From Azolla caroliniana (Eukaryota; Plantae; Polypodiophyta): a stretch of 64,000 bases of DNA. Both the position numbers and the translations under genes were made by a program. The notes under the pieces were generated by a model. That model ran no database searches and was not told the origin of the DNA. It saw only the letters and a list, made by a program, of their open reading frames with translations. Each line of letters starts with the position of its first letter. The first letter of the stretch is position 1. Of this stretch, positions 48,305 through 60,500 are shown one piece after another. The stretch is taken from assembly GCA_043228905.1 (NCBI GenBank), contig JBHGNT010000009.1:11470001-11534000 (forward strand), given 5' to 3'.

Positions 48305-51300
48305 ATGGCAGATATAAGCTCTCAAATTGAGAAGTTAGAGAAGAACAACTATCAACCATGGAGATTTCGTATGAAGAATCATCTAATTGGTAAGAATATG
48401 TGGAGGATAGTGATGGGAGAAGAGCCACCACCGGAATTGCCATCACAACCAAGTGAAGATCAACTAAGGCAATTTAATAATTGGAATGAAAAGGATAAAA
48501 GAGGTTCAAGAGGAAGAGGAAGATTTGGAAGAGGACAAGAAGGAAGAGGAAGAGGTAGAGGAAGGATAAATGACTTTCAACATCGTGATAGAGATGAAAT
48601 TCAAATTCAAAATCAAAATCATCGAGGAGAATTAAGGGGGAGAGGTAAACAAAGAGGTAGAGATCAATGACGATGGTCAAATAGTAGAAGTCAAAATAAT
48701 TGTTATTTATGTGGCAAATTTGGTCATTATGCACATCAATGTTATTATAGAAATAACAATAAATTACAATCAATTAATTTTGCATCAACTTCTAATGAGG
48801 ATGGAAATGTTTTTGTGATGAATCATATGATTAAAGGTGACAAGTCAAATAGTAATGATTGGTATATTGATAGTGGATGCAGTAATCACATGTCATATAA
48901 TAAAGATTGGTTTAGTAATTTGTTTGTGCCAAGTACATCGGGACATGTTCAGATAGGTGATGATACATCACATTCAATAACGCATATCGGTGATGTAAGG
49001 TTTCAAACAACTAATGGAACATATTGTTTGTTTGAAGTACTTCATGTGGCAACAAAGCAATTTAAAATTATTGCTAAAGGAACAAAGCAAGATAGATTAT
49101 TCACCACAGAGGTAAAAATGCATGATTCCCAAGTAATGTTTGTTAGTCATGATAATAAATCTATTGCACAATTGGATTTGTGGCATAAAAGGTTAGGTCA
49201 TGTAAATGTTCAAAAGCTTAAGCAAATGCAATATGGAAATGTTGTTCCTGGATTGCCAAATTTCAAAGGAGCCTATCCCCATCAATTATGTGAAGCATGT
49301 CAATTTGGTAAACAATCAAGATTACCGTTTAAACGTGAGAAATATGTAAGCATGTTTCCACTTGAGATAGTACACAGTGATGTATGCGAACCTACAAAAG
49401 AAAGTTCCATAGGAGGTAACAGATATTTTGTCACATTCATAGATGATTATTCAAGAAAAGTATGGGTGTATTTTATGAAAAGTAAAGCTGATGTAGTTTA
49501 TAATTTTAAAAAGTTCAAGAATCAAGTTGAAAATGAATGTAATAGACATATTAAAGTTCTAAGGTCAGATGGAGGGGGAGAATATTTCTCCCATGAGTTC
49601 TCTAATGATTTGAATGATTGTGGAGTTAGTCATCAAATTACATGTAGATATACACCAAGAAAAATTGGTGTGGCAGAAAGGAAAAATAGACACATAGTAG
49701 AAATTGCACGAGTTATGTTAAATGAAATGAATTTACCATTATATTTTTGGGTCGATGCTATTTACACTGAATTGTACATTATTAATAGATGTCAAATTGC
49801 AAGTGTTCACTTGAAAACTCTAGAAGAAGCATGGAGTGGGAGAAAACCAAATCTCTCACATTTGAAAATATTTGGATGTGTTTGCTATGTGCATGTTCTA
49901 GATGAACTAAGAACACAGTTGGATTCAAAGTCTAAAAAATGTATTTTTATTGGTTAAAGGATATAGATGTTATAATCCTAATACAAAATATTTAAAAATG
50001 AGTAGAGTTGTTGTTTTTGATGAGCTCATTACTTGGTATGGAAAATCAAAGTATGTTCAGGAAGAAGTGGGGCACGAGGATGAAATACAAGTGAAAAAGA
50101 AGCACAGTGAAAGCAAAACACCAATTAGTTCATCAAAGAAAGAAGTGATTCCGTGGTTAGGAAGACTAAGAGACAAAACATCCCAAGATGAGAAAACAAT
50201 CAAAACAAATGGTAAAGAGAAAATAGAAGATGAAAAACAATTGTGGATTGAAGAACCAACTCAAAATGAGTTTGAAGAAATTCAAACCCCGGGTGTAAGG
50301 CAGTCGAGTAGAGTTAAGTATCCTGTTGAACGTTTAACTTATGATTCTTTTGTTAAGACAGAGATAATAAAGGATAAAGAACCTCTAAGTTTTGAAGAAG
50401 AAAACTTACATGAAAAATGGCAAAGTGCGATGGATGAAGAAATGCAAGCATTGATAGAAAATAACACATGGAGTCTTGTTCCAAGGGTAGAAGGAAAACA
50501 ACCAATTGGATATAAGTGGATTTATAAAATTAAAAGGAATGTTGATGGTTGTTGAGAATCAAGGTCAACTTGGTCTAGTGTGTGAACTCACCTTGAGAGT
50601 GAAGAGACACTCCAACGGTCAAGAGTCACCATTATGTCACCACTTTGTATTCTAGCATTTAGTATGAGTCATAGAATCATATTCTATGACACATAACTTA
50701 TGAGCTTTCACATTCCCCATGCTCCATGAGTCTTGTAGTTAATGAAGAGAGAGGGTGACTACATAAAGCACCCTCCTCCCACCTTGTATAATGTTCAGTC
50801 TTTCTCCTTTGTTAATACAATCTACCTTGCGTATTCTCTGTGTTATTCCTTGTCTCTCTCACTCACTCACTCTCTCTCTCATACACACACATAACTCACA
50901 TCTCTTCCGCTTCACAAGAATCCATATCCGATTCTTCACATGATTCTATTGCAAGGTATAAAGCAAGAATTGCTACGAAATATGCTAAAAAATAGGGTAT
51001 TGAGTATGAAGAAACATTTAGTCCAATGGTTAGAATGACTACAATTAGAGTATTGATAGCACTTGTAGTGTCAAAAAGGTGGAACTTATATCAACTTGAT
51101 GTTAAAAATGCATTCCTCAATGGAGAACTTGAAGAGGATGTGTACATGGAGCAACCACAAGGATATATGCATCAACAATATCCTAATTATGTATGCAAAT
51201 TAAAGCAAGCATTATATGGTTTGAAACAAGCTCCAAGAGCATGGAATCATAAATTGAAGAATATTTGATGAAGTGTGATTTTATAGTTTCAGGATTTAGA

Positions 51301-51388
51301 TTCATTGTTATATATAAAGCATAATGGAAAACATATAGTTTTATTATGCATATATGTGGATGATTTAATACTTACAGGTAGTTGTGGA
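48305..51388 (+). pseudogene. gag-pol of Copia D (deleted gag, PR, IN, partial RT)
   Basis: ORFs 48305-48670, 48815-49957, 49950-50555 and 51026-51268. Confidence 0.9.
50550..50940. mobile_element. Solo LTR J inserted in RT of D
   Basis: TGTTGAG...TTCACA. Flanks TGGT/TGAT. Host RT rejoins as NVDG|SIARYKAR. Confidence 0.8.
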
Positions 51389-51902
51389 AAAGAGGTTGTC
51401 GCGACATGTGAAGCCATATGGCTCAAGAGGCTCCAAAAGGATCTGCTGGTGGAGGTATCCGATCCGACGATGATCTATTGTGATAACCTCAGCAACATCC
51501 AGTTGGCTAAGAGCTCCGTCTTTCATGCCTGGACTAAGCACATCAAGGTGCACTATCATTTTGTCCAAGAGCGCGTTCTCTCCGATGAAGTGGAACTGGT
51601 GTATGTTTCGATGAATCGGCAGGTGGTCAATATCTTCACCAAACCCCTAGGCTTAGACAAGTTACGACATTTTTCCGGTGCACTGGGTGTGCAATACCTT
51701 GATATGCTGAACCTGAGGGGGAGGAACAAAAGGAGGGTTGAGAAAGAAGACCGAAAAGCCGAGTCGAAAATCGATTTCGACTTCGGCCAGATTGAAGAAG
51801 TCAGAGTGCACGAGACGACTGAAGAAGCTAAGACAGGACGCCAGGTGGAGCTAGAGGAGAGGATCGGCTACCACAAACACAGACACTACGATCCGACCTC
51901 AA

Positions 51903-52237
51903 GTTGAGCTAACAGGCTCAACTGGATCCGGATCAGCTAAATAAGCCAGAGCCGGATCGGAGTCCGGAATGCAAAACCGGATTGGTGTTTGGATGGCATC
52001 CGAAACTAGGAGCTGGATCAGAGAGACAAACCAGATTGTAAACGGTAGGTTGTTAGAGACCTACAAATCTAGCCTGATACATAGGCAGATTCCTTGGAGT
52101 CAGTGTCAGTCGCTCGTATGAGCATTGAAGTACATGTCAGTACTTCTGTCAGTCCTTTCATGGACTTGTATAAAAGTGCTCACTGAGCGCATTGTATGTA
52201 TAGAGTGCTATTATTTTGAATCGAGTTTATGCTTTCT

Positions 52238-52290
<53 letters not shown>

Positions 52291-52389
52291 TATTCCTGTT
52301 CCAAAGCTTCCATTAAACCTTTATTCTCTGTTTTCTATTGCTATCCGGATAAACCGGTTTGTCAAAGCTTCCGCATATTAACTTTGACA
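51903..52389 (+). repeat. 3' LTR of Copia A with expanded (CT)n at ~52239-52285
   Basis: Colinear with 5359-5791 and ends TTTGACA. Confidence 0.88.
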
Positions 52390-54688
52390 CCTTGCATCAA
52401 TGGAATAATTTGTAGTTGTTGCCAAATAAACCCATAATTAGGTGGAATGCATAATAATTGTCGTGCTTTAACAAACTCCAAAATTCTCTGCGATGGAGCC
52501 TCAACTATATCTCTCACCTCTTTGATCCCCAAACGAAACAAACGATTAAATTGAGAGCGTAATCTCTCCTTTCTTGGCCAACATAATAACCGAGAAGACA
52601 CAAGCAAGTCTTTTTGCAAAGAATTACAATGCTCTCTACTAGATGATGGTTTCCATACGCATAACAAGAGTGCTTCGTGCCATGAGGTAACCAAGCTTTG
52701 AGCACATGTAGAGCCTGGAATCCTAAGGTGAAATACATCCATTCAGTAATTGCCACCATGAAGCCTTAATTGTTGTCCTCTCATGTGTTAAACGCTTGTT
52801 CTCAATGAAACATTGAATGTCAATAGATATCCATGGTTGTGAGTTTGAACACATGTCTTGTAATAATGAAAATCTACGAGCCATCATATGGTTAGATAAG
52901 TTCAATATTCCAGTTTCCCTTCAGCACTTAGGGGTTGCTAGATGATTCCACAACAAATATCGACGAGGTTGCAAAATAGAATGCAAAGCCTTCTTTGTCC
53001 ATGGCAACAATGGCAAGTAATATAGTATCATGGGTTCCATGATACATTGTACAAACTTCAAGCGTACATTAAATGGCCAAGATTGTGACTTCCAATACAT
53101 GAACTTATCCCTCAACTTACTATACATCCATTCAATCAATTGACCATTTGTAACATTCATTCCTAATGGATAGCCCAAGTGTCGAAAAATAGAACCTTTC
53201 TTCACCACGAATCCTTGCCATCCTAAACATTCCAAATCCCTTTCAGTACATGATATGAGACTAGACTTCCTCCAATTAATATGTAATCTGCAAGCCAATG
53301 AAAATGGTTCTATACAAGCATCCCATTCTTATGATTCTCTCGTGAGGCTTGTAGAAACATGAAAGAATCATCAGCCAAAGCTTGCGCTACTAGTTTCCCT
53401 CCAGATGGAAGGTGTAGACCCACAATGTCACCATTTGTTGCAAGCCTTGATAACATTACTAACAAGGGATGAGTAACAATAGCAAAAAACAATGGGATAA
53501 GAGGGCATCCTTGACGAATGGATCTTGTGAGGGCAATATCTGATGTAAATCCCCCATTAAGAATTACTCGAGACATCGCATCTTGTCCTAATAAAAATAT
53601 GAGGCGAGACATACGAGGTCCAAAGCCTATTGTATCCATTAACCCAGAAACAAAGGACCAATTAACATGATCATAAGCTTTCTCCAAATCTAATTGCGCC
53701 ATAATCAATTCTTGATGAGTGTTTCGAGCATAATCCATGGCCATTTGAACATTCAACATATTATGCAATATATTCCTACCTGCAACAAAACCCTATTGGG
53801 TGGGATGTATCAACTTTGGCAAATACTTTTGTAATATATTTGCCAAGACCTTTGTAAATATCTTATATAACCCCCCCATCAAAGAAATAGGTCTCCATTG
53901 ATGAAATGACTTGGAAGATGCCACCTTGGAACTAATTTAATTAGACCAACCTTCCAAGCTTGAGTTAAGAATGTTGAAACATCAAAGTTAAGGGCCCCTT
54001 TAAAATGTTCGAATATCGCTTAAAACTTCATTTGTCAAGCCATCCCAATTAGGGTTCTTACCACTAGGAAGATGCCTTAAAATTGTGTCCACCTTCCACC
54101 TCATCCTCAGTGAAATACACATCCAATTCATGACTAATGAGGTCATGCACAACACATCTAACCACATCACAAAACTCATGACATGCTCTACTCACCTCAT
54201 TTGTCATTAACAATTGTGGGCCAATCAACTCAAAGTAATGAACACATATGTCAATTATTGTGGTAGGATCCACTATCCATTCATTCCCTTGCTTCACATG
54301 TACCACATTAGATCGAGCATAAGTAGGATGTAACGCGTGGAAAAACAAATGAGATTGACATTAATTATCTATGAGTCTATCCCTCAGTTGTCGTATCTTC
54401 GCATAACAATAACTTTGGCATTGTAATTGAGAAATAATAACATGCAATTGACTTTGGATATCCAAAAGCTCCTTATCTAATGGTTCATACATAAATAATG
54501 CATTACACCTAGAGAGAACTTGTGAGGATTGTTGCAGAAGATCTGTTCTTCATTGAGCATTAGTTACTCCATACAAACAATGAATGATCTTAATGTTTCG
54601 TAATGTGATATCCCATGCTTTAACTCCTTTAAGATTCACTTCTTGTGAAACTTTTACCAAAATTTGCTCCATGAGATAATCAAAGTAA
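52390..54688 (-). mobile_element. LINE ORF2 (RT domain and flanks), degraded
   Basis: WRPISL, LDLEKAYDHV, IRQGCPL, LADDS, INWRKS, HLGYPLG. Confidence 0.92.
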
Positions 54689-56178
54689 TGTCATAAACAT
54701 ATGCCATGGAGGAAGGTAGGGATTGAACCCAAGACCTCATGGTCTCTATTGGGCAACCCTACCAATTAAGCTACAAATGATTCCTTGTACCAAATCTAAC
54801 TTCATGTAGTATAGATTGAACATTGGAAGTTTCTAGCTTGCACACATTCTCATGCATACTCTATTTCTAGCTGGCTTACATAGCCCTACCTTATTGTATA
54901 AATACTTAGGTGCACCTTGATTCTAATCAAGGTGAACAACACCAGTTACGGATTCTATAAGTTGAGTTCTTGTTCTTTTCCTCTCTTTTGTGTTCTAGTC
55001 TTGTCTTTGCTTTGCTCTATTATACTTGTCCGTGATAGTTTGTTCACCATCTCTCTTCTTGCTACCATGTCCGGCTCTGTCGACAACCTAAACGAAATGA
55101 TGAAAGCCTTGCAACAACTTCAGCTAGAGAATGAAATCCTTCGGGAATCATTACGAGAGTTGCAATCCGGCACTTCAAGAAATCCACCACCCGCTGAGTG
55201 ACAACCACCGTCGGGACCTAGCCCAACCACGTCCTCTTCCCATCCATATGTCCTCGAACAAACCATCAACCTACTTGAAAAATTCAACAGCACGAGGGTG
55301 TATCTTTGCAGTTTCATCAAACAAATTCAATTTATCATCCGGTTACAACCCCAATGGTATGCTAGCGACTTTTCTTGGGTTGGGCTTGTCAGCATGCTTC
55401 TCTCCTGGTCAAGAAAATCGAAACTTCATACTCACATAACTTAATACTTAGTTGTCTGTTTCATATATAGTAAAATGCGTTTGGAACCTCTCTTCGAAGC
55501 GATCGACGGTTGGGTTCTCTCTTCGAGGGCGGTTACCGAAGCTACTATCCCGTTCGTATTTCAAGTCGGGGTGCACCAGGAGGAACTCACGTTCTACCTC
55601 ATCACAACCCCCTGACATCTGATTGTGTGTGGGGCTATCTTGGTTGGAGACACACAATCTGATGGCGGACTGGTGTAACCGCTCCATCACTTTTCTAGTA
55701 AGGCCAATTCCTGTTAGGTCACGACACTCTCTAGATTCCGTTACGATCGTGTCCGGTTTGGTCACTACATTGGCCGTTGTGTCGGGGGACGTCACCATTC
55801 CTGTCAACAATTTACCTGTCCGATATAGTGACTTTTCCGACAGCTTCGAAAAGCAGAATGCCGATCGATTACTGGCTCATCGCCCCTACGATTGCCCAAT
55901 CGAACTCCAAGCTGATGAGCATCCCCCATTCGGTCCTATCTATGGGTTATTTGAACCCGAACTTGAGGCTCTCCGCACATATGTGGCTGAGAATCTCACA
56001 AAGGGCTTCATTCAACCCTCCAAATCACTGGTCAGGCACCAATCTTATTTTAAAAAAAGAAGGATGGCTCCTTATGCTTATGTGTGGATTATCAAGGTCT
56101 CAACAAAGTTATGGTGCGTAATCGTTATCCCCTGCCCTTAATTCCAGCACTCCTCGATCAACTCCGAACTGAGCATAT
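54689..56178 (+). mobile_element. Chromovirus-type (Tcn1/Tf1-like) Gypsy element M: 5' LTR 54689-55037, deleted gag, protease, start of RT
   Basis: HRPYDCPIEL...PPFGPIYGL, ENLTKGFIQPSKS and NRYPLPLI. Self-complementary PBS at 55038-55048. Confidence 0.85.
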
Positions 56179-57538
56179 TGTCACGGACGGGTAGACAAGG
56201 ACGGGTGAGTGTCGTTCGTCGTCGATCTGTCTCTCTGAATGTGGCTTCAAGCTCCACAAAGGAAGGAAGGAAAGTTGTCTAAGAGTGGGGATGAGGTCTC
56301 GATCAATGGTGCAAACCACGTTTGTGCTAGCCCCGAGAGAAGGGTGCCAATGAGGCCAACCAAAGAGAAATGACTAGCATAACGTTGGGGTTATTAGCGG
56401 ATGATAAGCCGAATTTGATTGATGAAGCCATGAAGATGCGCCCTCGAGCTATTGAATTTGTCAGGTAGGCTGACATTAGGTTCGAGGACATATGAATGGG
56501 AAGAGGAAGGGGTTGGGTTAGGTGCTAACGGAAGGTGAGGCTCAACGGGTGGAGGGTTATTGTCTGTGCTATTTTGAAGCTCCCGTAACGATTGACGAAT
56601 GCTTTCATTTTCTAATTGAAGTTGTTCCAAGGTTGCCATTACTTGGCTTAAGGCCGAGTCAAACATGGTAACAAGAAGGGAAGGTGAACAAACTGTTGCG
56701 GACGGGTAGACCAGGACAGGGATAAGTAGGCAAGCTAAATATTAAGAGAGAGCAAAAGATAGATATATGATAGAGAGAGAGCATAGACAAGAGAACAAGA
56801 GAGAGAGAAGGTAGACAAAAGACCAAGAACTAAATTGTGTTTCCGTAACTGGTGTTGTTCACCTTGATTGTAATCAAGGTGCACCGAAGTATTTATACAA
56901 GAATGTGGTGGTATGCATGCAAGCTAGGAAACATCTAGAGAGGGCATGAAGATGCATTCTCTAGAAGTTTCTTGAAAGTTCTAGTGATTAACATAGAATG
57001 TAATAACTTAAAACTTATATAATACAATAATCCATAGATGGATGTAGCTCAATTGGTAAGGTTCCCAATAAGACCAGGAGCTCATGGGTTCAACCCCCTA
57101 CATTCCATCGTGTCTATGACATTATCCTCCCTCTAAGGTTGCCTCCTAGAACTCGCGGCTAACTTATGTGGGTATCGTTGATGAAAATCGTGAATGGCCT
57201 CCGGAACATTTTGTAAATGTGTAACTGGTTCCCATGTGGTGTCCGAAATGGGGTAATCTTTACAGAAGACCAAACATTGGAGTTGTCGACAATGATATTG
57301 AGAGTCGAGGATTTGGTCAACCTCATATTCTTCGCCCGTTGACAATTCCATAGGTGGCGGTGGAGGAGGTTGTCGTCCCGAAATTCGAGAAGGATGGTAG
57401 AGTTCGAGGAGAGAAACGTGAAAAACATTGTCAATCCTGAATGTTGGAGGAAGTGTTAACCAGAAGGCGACTGGGTTGATCCGCTTGGTGATACGAAAAG
57501 GGCCTAGTCTTTTGTAGTCTAATTTTGCATAAGGACGT
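56179..57538 (-). mobile_element. Chromovirus L, tandem remnant: IN/chromodomain end, PPT, LTR 56694-57121, PBS, gag fragment, terminal 24 bp of a further LTR
   Basis: NVFHVSLLE and chromodomain EYEVDQILD...TWEP..HL. LTR homologous to M. Gag homologous to M. LTR end TGTCACGGACGGGTAGAC at 56179. Confidence 0.85.
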
Positions 57539-60500
57539 TGTCGTGAAGATTTTCAATGATAGTGTCAAACTTGTGAGAAACATACAAAATCGAGTGTGGT
57601 TCTTCTCACGAAACATAAAACAATAATAGTGAAGATACTATTTTAAATAAATTTAATATCTTGGTACAAAAAGATGGAGATCTTGAAGAGCTTTTGAATG
57701 CACTTTGCTACATAACAAACGGTTGACTAAGTGTGAAGTTATGTGGGTATGAAGTTGCAAAAAAGAAAAAGAAAAAAGAAAAACAAACTTGTGAGATGTC
57801 CCACATAGATAGGACAAACAAGGATCCTACAATATATAAAGCAAAGCCAAAAGCTATTATTTTGTGTTTATGTGTGGAGCATAGAGAGGTCAAGGTGACT
57901 TGAACTATGTTAATCAAATGAATGGGTGTGGCCTAGCTACTTGCAAAGGTTTTGGCTAACCAAAACCGGATCTGTTGACCAGCCGGTGATGGAACCCGCT
58001 CGGGATTGCGGACGGAACCTGCTCGGGATGCGGCGACTGGTCAATGACGGAACCGGCTAGAGATGCGGACCAAACGGGTGCAAATCGGATGGATCGGTTG
58101 ATCGTTGTGCATGGTGTCTTAAAGATATTTGGTGTAATTTGAAGACCAAAAGCCTAATAGTCGTTTGTGCTTTAAAAAGGGATGTATGCAAGACTTGAAC
58201 ATTGCACCTCCAAGATAGATGGCAATAGACTTACCAATAGTCTATATCATTTCCTTAGAAATGGTTTTCCTATCATTATAGTTTTACATGTAAATTCTCA
58301 TATTAGAGCTTGATTGAGTGAAATGTAATGCATGAGCGCCAAATGGCAAACATGCATTCCATGCATTGTATGCATGTCTTGTACCCTTACATGCATCATA
58401 TGCATGGGAGCATCTATAAAAGGGTGGATGAAAAAGATCAAAGGGAGCGATGTATTAATCAAGAAATTAAAAAATAAGAAATTCGTTATCCAATTGATGT
58501 ATCAATCTTGTTATTCAAATCTAAGTTCAAGAGTTAAATCTTAATCTCTCTCAATCTAAAGTCGAGTGTTCTATCTTATCTCAATCTCTTTGATTCAATC
58601 TATCTTAATTCCTCTCTCGCTAAAGCTAGTGCAAACTTCGAGTCCTTCCGGTTCAGAACCCCGACGGTTCTACCTCACAATCCGCACATAGTAACGGATC
58701 TTCATGATATAATAAACTGGTGAACCCGACGTAAAAGAGGCGGCAGGAAGGATCAAATTGAGGATCAACCGATACTTGGAGATTGCATCCTCAAGCAATC
58801 AAGCGGGAGAGTTCGAAAGGATGATGTTGATCGTCGAACAAATGATGAGATCTCGAGACAACGATGCGAGCATGGAGAAGGCTGTTGACCATGTCGTTGA
58901 GCTAGAGGGTTAATTTGACCGAAGGAACGTTACAAAGTTCCTTGATGCATACAAAAGGGAGATGAATCAGAGGGATGTTTCTGAAGCACGTCAAATCACA
59001 AGTTTCAAGAGAGTGGTCGCCAACAACACCCAAAGGTGCGTCATCGAGCTTCAAGAAGGGAAGACAACGTGGTCGGAGTTCGAGAAATCGATATTAGCGG
59101 AGTTCGCGACAGAAGATTTGTCGAGGATGACTCGACATGCCTTGATGAAGTGGATAGAAAAGAAGAAATAAGAGGATGAGCTCTTCGAGGGTGTACGATG
59201 AGTTCGACCAAATCTTTCGTCGTCTCCCAGCCACAGACCAAGTGCTACTTGAGGAGGAAAAAACTTTGTACTTCCTAAAGGCTGTGGATATGAAGGATAG
59301 AAGAGAATTGGGTACTCTCCTCGAAGATGATACCCAAATGAATGGGCTTGTGGCGGACTGGTTTGCGGTGAAGCAAGCATGTAATAGGCTCGACAAGCGT
59401 CATCAGTGGGTTGATGACACCGACTTGGCGGGATCGACTGTCGCGGAGAAAACAAGACAACCGAAAGTAGCTGAGCCGCCCAAACAAAACAACCCAGAAG
59501 AAAAGAAGATTGATGACGACATCATCGAAGAGCTAACGAAGAAGTTCAAGATGGTCACACTAGCCAAAATGAATCGTCGGGGGCTCAAAGGAAAAGAACG
59601 CTTTAGATGTGTGTGGTGCGATAACATGGACCACATGAGAAGGGATTGCACAAGCCTTCAAGAGGCCATCCGACAAAATATTGTATACATGGATGACAAC
59701 ATGATCTGCTCGACTGAAACTCGATGACCCTTGCGGGTGAATTTCAGAAGAGGGGGAATGAAGAAATCTATGGAAGATGTTGAGGCGACTCATGTGGATG
59801 CGATGCACTATGCTGCATCGGCTGGAATTAGAGTTGGAAAAGATAAAAATGAAGCTGCGAGAACGGGAACAAAGTTTTGGTCTACCATTCTCAAGTATGA
59901 GAAGAAGGGAAAAGTCACTTCAAATGAGGTAGAGCTTGTGGATCGAAGTGTACAAAGTATAACCGGATGGTAGGATCCGGTGGATGACAACACCATACTC
60001 GCGGAAGTGATGTGTAACAACCACGAGGTGTTCGTTGAAGAAAAGAGAAAAAGAATAGAAGAGCAAGGCCCATCAAAAAGACATCAAACAAGGAACACGA
60101 AAAAGAAAGAAGATGTTGAAACGAGTCGAGCATTACAAATGGAGGAAGGAGACTCAAGCTGGAAAGGGGAGTCGAAGAAACGGTTCGACTCGTGAAGGTT
60201 GGCGTCGATGACCCCGCTCGAAAGACAAGAACTATGCCTACCTATAAACTAAAGTCGGACATAGAACAGACGACAGACTTGAAGAAGATTCTCGAGGAAT
60301 GTGTTCTTGATAGCCACGTGACCTTGTCCTTGAGGGAATTGCTCGACATTACGAAGGAGTTCTATGATACGATTGTGGACCTCATAAAGAGAAAAAGGCA
60401 ATAGTCGGACGAAGAAGAAGAGAAGCCACTAAAAGCAAAAGCGAATGCCATAATGATGGCAAGAGACGAAGTCGAGGAAGAGATGGTGGACAACCACTAT

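Larger units (their letters stand above)
14268..51388 (+). mobile_element. AT-rich Ty1/Copia element D. 5' LTR split into 14268-~14605 and 47971-48213; 3' end deleted
   Basis: Starts TGTTGAAATA inside the A integrase. LTR resumes after E and ends CTCACA. PBS TGGTATCAGAGCC at 48218-48230. Gag from 48305, WYIDSGCSNHM, integrase 48815-49957, [13 protein letters not shown] and YVDDL. Confidence 0.8.
5359..52389 (+). mobile_element. Ty1/Copia element A (outer envelope, degraded). Own sequence at 5359-6545, 7292-7723, 13656-14267 and ~51389-52389
   Basis: Homologous LTRs 5359-5791 and ~51903-52389 (visibly diverged). PBS TGGTATCAGAGC at 5792. Gag MDRGMASLLP.EKLD, protease WYVDFGASNHMT, RNase H IYCDN...KHIKVHYHFV. 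TSD imperfect (GGTTG/CCTTG). Confidence 0.8.

Noticed and set aside
57037-57109. Functional tRNA gene
   Set aside because: No proper anticodon arm or 7-bp acceptor stem; reported only as a tRNA-like cassette
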